A stretch of 63,409 nucleotides of DNA, filler included, from Salisapilia sapeloensis CBS 127946 (lineage: Eukaryota; Protista; Oomycota): NCBI GenBank assembly GCA_023334545.1. It is 11 parts of 11 records of this genome, joined end to end, with 100 filler letters (N's around TTAATTAATTAA, not from the genome) between each part and the next. Parts side by side here need not be neighbours in the genome. Positions count along the whole stretch, not along the records: positions 55,137 to 59,013 come from JAADVB010000713.1; positions 59,114 to 60,415 come from JAADVB010001204.1; positions 60,516 to 63,409 come from JAADVB010000823.1; 8 more parts are not named here. The stretch is one strand, 5' to 3'. Each line of letters starts with the position of its first letter. Positions within the stretch are counted from its first letter, which is position 1. Below, piece after piece: positions 58,990 to 63,409 of the stretch. Made by a program: the position numbers and the translations under genes. The notes under the pieces are model-generated. The model did no database searches. It was not told the DNA's origin and worked only from the letters and a program-made list of their open reading frames with translations.

Positions 58990-59475
58990 AGCCTCTACCT
59001 TCACTAGACAAATNNNNNNNNNNNNNNNNNNNNNNNNNNNNNNNNNNNNNNNNNNNNTTAATTAATTAANNNNNNNNNNNNNNNNNNNNNNNNNNNNNNN
59101 NNNNNNNNNNNNNCCAGGCGTCGCGATCCTCCGAATGCTACCAACGATGGTCTATGACGTGGCGATTGCCACCTGCGGAGGACTCGACGGCATGGACTCG
59201 TATCTTCAGAAACACGCATCCGAGTGATCAACCAAGGCATGAGGCAAACAGTAAACACAACAGAGAGGCGAGATACATCAGACATCATACATCAGACAAA
59301 AGACAAAAGACAAAGGGCAATCGCAGCAGAACCCACGACCAAAGGAAACAAGAAACAACACAAGAACAAGAGAAACAAAATGTGATGTGGATAAAATAAG
59401 TCTTTGTTGTGCGAAGAACTATTTGTGTAAGACGGTAGAGTACGCAACGCATTGATCTTTCTCTCCAGCAACAAA

Positions 59476-59835
59476 TTAGGTGGAAGAAGTGTACTTGGTC
59501 ACAGCCTTCGTGCCCTCCGACACGGCGTGCTTGGCCAACTCGCCAGGAAGCATCAGGCGCACGGCCGTCTGGATCTCGCGGCTAGAAAGCGTGGACTTCT
59601 TGTTGTAGCGAGACAGCTTGCCGGCCTCCGACGCAATGCGCTCGAAAATGTCGTTGATGAAAGAGTTCATGATCGACATGCCGCGCTTGCTGATACCCGT
59701 CTCCGGGTGGACCTGACGGAGCACACGGTAGATGTACGTCGAGTACGTTTCGACACGCTTCTTGCCCTTGCCACGGCCCTTGCTGCCAGTCTTCGTCGTC
59801 GCCTTCGCGCTCTTCTTGCTTGGGGTCTTGGCCAT
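59476..59835 (-). CDS. H2B: Histone H2B
   Basis: [39 protein letters not shown]...[30 protein letters not shown]. Confidence 0.99.
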   Translation of the reverse strand: MAKTPSKKSAKATTKTGSKGRGKGKKRVETYSTYIYRVLRQVHPETGISKRGMSIMNSFINDIFERIASEAGKLSRYNKKSTLSSREIQTAVRLMLPGELAKHAVSEGTKAVTKYTSST

Positions 59836-59861
59836 CTTGATGGATACGAGTGCTACGAGTC

Positions 59862-60015
59862 AAATCCGAGAATGGCCTTTGCTTACTTTGTCTCCGTTGT
59901 CGCTGGCAGCTGGTCAGAGGCGGGTCATTTGGGCTTTTTCGGACATATTCATTGGCGGACATTCGAACAGACGGAACGTCATTGGTGCAACTGGACGGAC
60001 GCTCCTATTGGTCGG
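59862..60015 (-). promoter_or_regulatory. H2B promoter: INR/FPR-like element and three CCAAT boxes
   Basis: CCATTCTCGGATTT at 59875-59862 fits YCATTYYNNNWTTY; CCAAT on the minus strand near 59950, 59980 and 60008. Confidence 0.55.
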
Positions 60016-60521
60016 ACCCGCTTCCCGCCAAAATTCGAAACGCCCGCCGCTTCCAGTAGCCCGACAAGCCTCCAGCCAACGGTCGATGGACGAGCTTCGT
60101 AAGACCGTCTTGGGTCCTTGACCTTGGATCTTAGGACCCCATCCTAGGGCCTATACATTGTGTGTAACTCTAGGCACTCGATTCTGTGCCAGCCTCGTCT
60201 TGCGTCGCCATTGGTGGTCATCTCCCTCGACATCAAGCTTGACGTGTCTGTTCTGAACCGAGCCCTGCGCGAGACTTATCCATGACTGCGCTCTGGAACG
60301 ATGGAAAGAATGAACTCAGATGATGCAATTGAATTGGACACATGCGCCGTAGTTACTGAGCACGACCGATGTTGGAATCAAATTGCGGTCGTGATCGGAG
60401 GGGGATGCGTACGCANNNNNNNNNNNNNNNNNNNNNNNNNNNNNNNNNNNNNNNNNNNNTTAATTAATTAANNNNNNNNNNNNNNNNNNNNNNNNNNNNN
60501 NNNNNNNNNNNNNNNCTTAGT

Positions 60522-60537
60522 GCTCATTTCCACTTTT
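60522..60537 (+). promoter_or_regulatory. Oomycete INR/FPR core promoter element
   Basis: GCTCATTTCCACTTTT fits the oomycete consensus GCTCATTYBNNNWTTY; it ends 43 nt before the ATG at 60581. Confidence 0.75.
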
Positions 60538-60580
60538 GCTCTCCATCCAGCAAGCGCTCGCAACTCGACTATAAACCAAA

Positions 60581-61117
60581 ATGGTTTTGACGATCCCAGG
60601 CTATCACACCAACACTCCGCTTCATCCGTCCTTCGATGAAGACATTCGTGACAAGCATTTGATCTACGACTACGATGCGGAAGGCGACGATGGCACACCG
60701 CAAAAGTGGCGCTACGAGATGTACTTCCAGACTGAGTCTCGGATTGTATACTCTATCCACGGGGGCCCTATGGCTGGTCGTCTCAACTACCAGACGGTTG
60801 CTTTCCAGTGCATTCGCCCAGGCGAACTATGGCAATGCAACTGGCTTGAAGAGACCGGAACTATCGTGAGCCTAGTGTACGATATCAAGAACAAAAAGAT
60901 TACCACAATGATTGGATTCTCGAAGGGTCATTGGGAGAACAGCAAGGAAGCCCACGGTGATAAACGCAATCCCGAAGACTACGCGCGCTGGCGAAAGCTT
61001 GCCGAACACGGTAACAACCGCGACCGTCTGATCTTGAGCGAGCAGGCAGATATCCTCGAAACCTTCACTGGTAAAGGTGACCTTGAGCCAGTGGATCCTA
61101 ACTGCGAAACTCTCTAA
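60581..61117 (+). CDS. Phenolic acid decarboxylase (PAD, cofactor-free, lipocalin fold), fungal-type
   Basis: HLIYDYD (YxY), WRYEMYF, IVYSIHGGPMAGR, WQCNWLEETGTIVSL, FSKGHWE; catalytic Tyr, Tyr, Arg and Glu are all present. Confidence 0.92.
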   Translation: MVLTIPGYHTNTPLHPSFDEDIRDKHLIYDYDAEGDDGTPQKWRYEMYFQTESRIVYSIHGGPMAGRLNYQTVAFQCIRPGELWQCNWLEETGTIVSLVYDIKNKKITTMIGFSKGHWENSKEAHGDKRNPEDYARWRKLAEHGNNRDRLILSEQADILETFTGKGDLEPVDPNCETL

Positions 61118-63409
61118 GTGCATTGGCATTTTGGTGAAGCAGTTATCACGACACACCGTTTACTTTCAATATGTTTCAAGTGTAAGCGGAAAGAAGGCGA
61201 AAACAACTGCAACGATGATAAACTTGCGGAATATATTGCCTCTTTACTCTCGTTCAGCGCATAAACGTACCTTTGCAAAGTCTATTAAACATTGCCACAG
61301 GTATCACAGGAAATGTCTTGGGCAATCCAAACACCTATGCGTTTTTCAAGTTTGCAACTAAGGCTAAGCGCTCACGTGGAACGTGTCTAGCTGCCTTAAA
61401 TTCGTCAATGGTTTCTACATTCGCTTCTTGTGTTTGACCACCTTGACCTCATCCAGGCTCTAAAAACGACACCTTTATATGCCTCGTCAGTGCTATCGAG
61501 GCAGGAGTTACGTAAATAGCTTCATGTATACCAGCGCTAACTTGCATTTCCTCATATGTGCAGGATTATCATTTCAGCAGTTAGAAAAAGATGTGCTAGG
61601 CTGTGGTAACGAAGAGTAATAGGCCACTAGACTTGGAGTAGTTTAACGTGATTGTGTCCATTTCAATAGAGCCTCGGTTTGCTGCGCATTCCAAACAAGC
61701 AGATTTTAATGCTTGCAAGTTCTCATAATGCGCTGAAAAACGATTCAACCTTTTCACCTCATCGTGTAACTTCTCTTTTTGCATCCATGCCGTGTGTAGA
61801 TGAAAGTCGTTGCTTTGAAAAGCTCCGGGAGCAATCTCTAGTTCTGTTTTCGCTCTTTGTATGGGTAAAGACAAGGTGTGGATGAGCGAGTGCATCTATG
61901 CTGCCAAAATCTCGTAGCCAATACATGATAACGATCACCGATAAATACTACTTTGCCTACGAATCATGCGTCGCGAAAGTGTAAAGATATGGGGTTTCCC
62001 ATTATCTAGGTTACTATGATGTTACTCTCGCTGGCGTTGAGATATTGCCCTTGGTAAATTGTGATGGATTCAGTCTCTGCTTCATTTAACGCTGAATCAA
62101 AAGGAGCGTTGGCGTTCTCGGAGCTGCTTCAAGAGCTCTTGACGCGCGGGTTTTGTGTCTTGTACTAAAACCCAAATGCCTTCGTTAACAGTACCTAATT
62201 TCGCAACCGCTTGTTGCATTCGCTTTCGTCTTATGCTTCTTGTCTGCTTGTGCTTAGACATGTTTCGTATAATGCTAATGCACTGAGCTCCCGTGATATG
62301 ACATCGGACAAGGCTAGATCTACAGATCTACATCAACGACACGTTATTATGCACTCATGTTGTTTTTGATCTGGACGTGTGATGTGCTACGATAGACTAT
62401 TTCAAGAATATCGAGTCCATTGCTAGTAAGTAGGATTCGGCTTTTAAAGTCTAGCTGATAGTAGAGGCAACCTGCAGAGCAAATGGGTATGTCTGCCCAA
62501 GCAATGGTCGATTAAGGACAGAATGTATTGACGGTAACGAATTCCAATGAAGTGGAAATGTACCTCCATCAGCTGGAATAGAACACATTCAGAAGATCCC
62601 AAAGATTAACATAATGCTTACAAATTTTCCCTAGCTAAGCGTACGACCAATGGGTCCAAATTTCTCTTGGGTAACTTTACTAAACGCAATAATAACGTTT
62701 CGCCTCTTTCTTCGATTAATTGCTAGACAACTCGTCCAGTTGAAGCCGTTGCTCAGCCATCTTCAGCCACGCTCTTTTTCGTTCATATCAAGTTCAGAAA
62801 TGCTACCTCTCCAAACGTTTTCAATCAGAATGTCCAACTCTTCTTCCTCCTCTTCATCACCTTGTTCGAGTAAATTTTTATCCGACTTCCTCTTAGACAC
62901 CAAAACCTGCGCGTCGTTACTAGATGATGTCAACTGGGCGAACGCGCTTAGTAAAGCATCAGCCGAAGGGATAAGCTGGTTCGAATCAAATCTGTATACT
63001 TCGCCGGCGCAGGATTCTTTGCCTGACAAATCACTAGACCTTTCTGGCAGCTGAGAGATTCTGGACGGTTCAACGATGGCGGACCCACATCCATCTTTTT
63101 CATACCATCCAGATTGAATTGCTTGTCCGGCTACCCTATAGGAGCTGACTTGGTTGATAAACTAATTGCAAGTAGGGCAGAGTCGAACCTTCTTCGTCAT
63201 CAGCTTTAATTCGGGAATGACCTCGAACAGCTCCAGGGAAAGAATACATTTCCCACACATTGACGAAGCACACAAAGTGCAGGGATAAGCTTTGCGTAAG
63301 GGGCCAAATCGCTTTTTGCAGGATCGGCACTCCGATTTGCTTTTAACTTCTCGATTGCCAATAAAGCTCGTGACATCATCCTTGTTGGCACTTTTTCTCT
63401 GAAGAAGCC

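Noticed and set aside
15989-59013. The 141-bp inverted termini read as transposon TIRs or linear plasmid or viral ends
   Set aside because: The four sequences are unrelated, contain host gene ends, have no transposase or terminal-protein gene inside, and their length equals a common assembler k.
59452-60102. 216-aa plus-strand ORF over H2B
   Set aside because: Antisense shadow of a GC-rich, codon-biased histone gene.
15889-60515. Recurrent TTAATTAATTAA motif within N runs, and ORFs that start or end in them (e.g. 15937-16152, 44461, 51477, 59058)
   Set aside because: Artificial six-frame-stop spacers added when contigs were concatenated; adjacency across them has no biological meaning.
61596-63409. 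Short ORFs (61596-61895, 62650-63054, 62763-63029)
   Set aside because: No recognisable motif or splice-consistent model; probably degenerate or noncoding.
1-63409. tRNA, rRNA or other structured RNA genes
   Set aside because: No cloverleaf, A/B-box or rRNA signature recognised by eye; tRNAscan-SE or Infernal would be needed to exclude them.

Overview
Eukaryotic sequence, almost certainly from an oomycete. Support: oomycete-type histone H2B, INR/FPR core promoters, short GT-AG introns, and Phytophthora-like Gypsy and Harbinger elements. The window is not continuous DNA: it is 11 contigs joined by ten artificial 100-bp spacers (44 N + TTAATTAATTAA + 44 N). Contig 1 (1-15888) is a nest of decayed transposons (PIF/Harbinger, Ulp1-carrying remnant, chromodomain Ty3/Gypsy, three solo LTRs) between two probable receptor-gene fragments. 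Contig 3 (21946-44416) is a very gene-dense housekeeping block (GMPR, GAR1, SmG, MBF1, MYND protein, Hv1-like channel, RPC7, RPLP1, ASPM, TMEM14, LicD). Most unusual observations: (i) four contigs begin and end with the same 141 bp in inverted orientation, each containing a gene end, which suggests inverted gene duplications flanking unique spacers (amplification or assembly artefact not excluded); (ii) a fungal-like phenolic acid decarboxylase behind an oomycete core promoter; (iii) a long antisense ORF overlapping Gypsy pol, plus a -1 frameshift signal and a hairpin-loop micro-inversion in the same element; (iv) an aspartokinase whose homoserine dehydrogenase domain appears catalytically degenerate. 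Family assignments rest on motifs recognised by eye; no searches were run.
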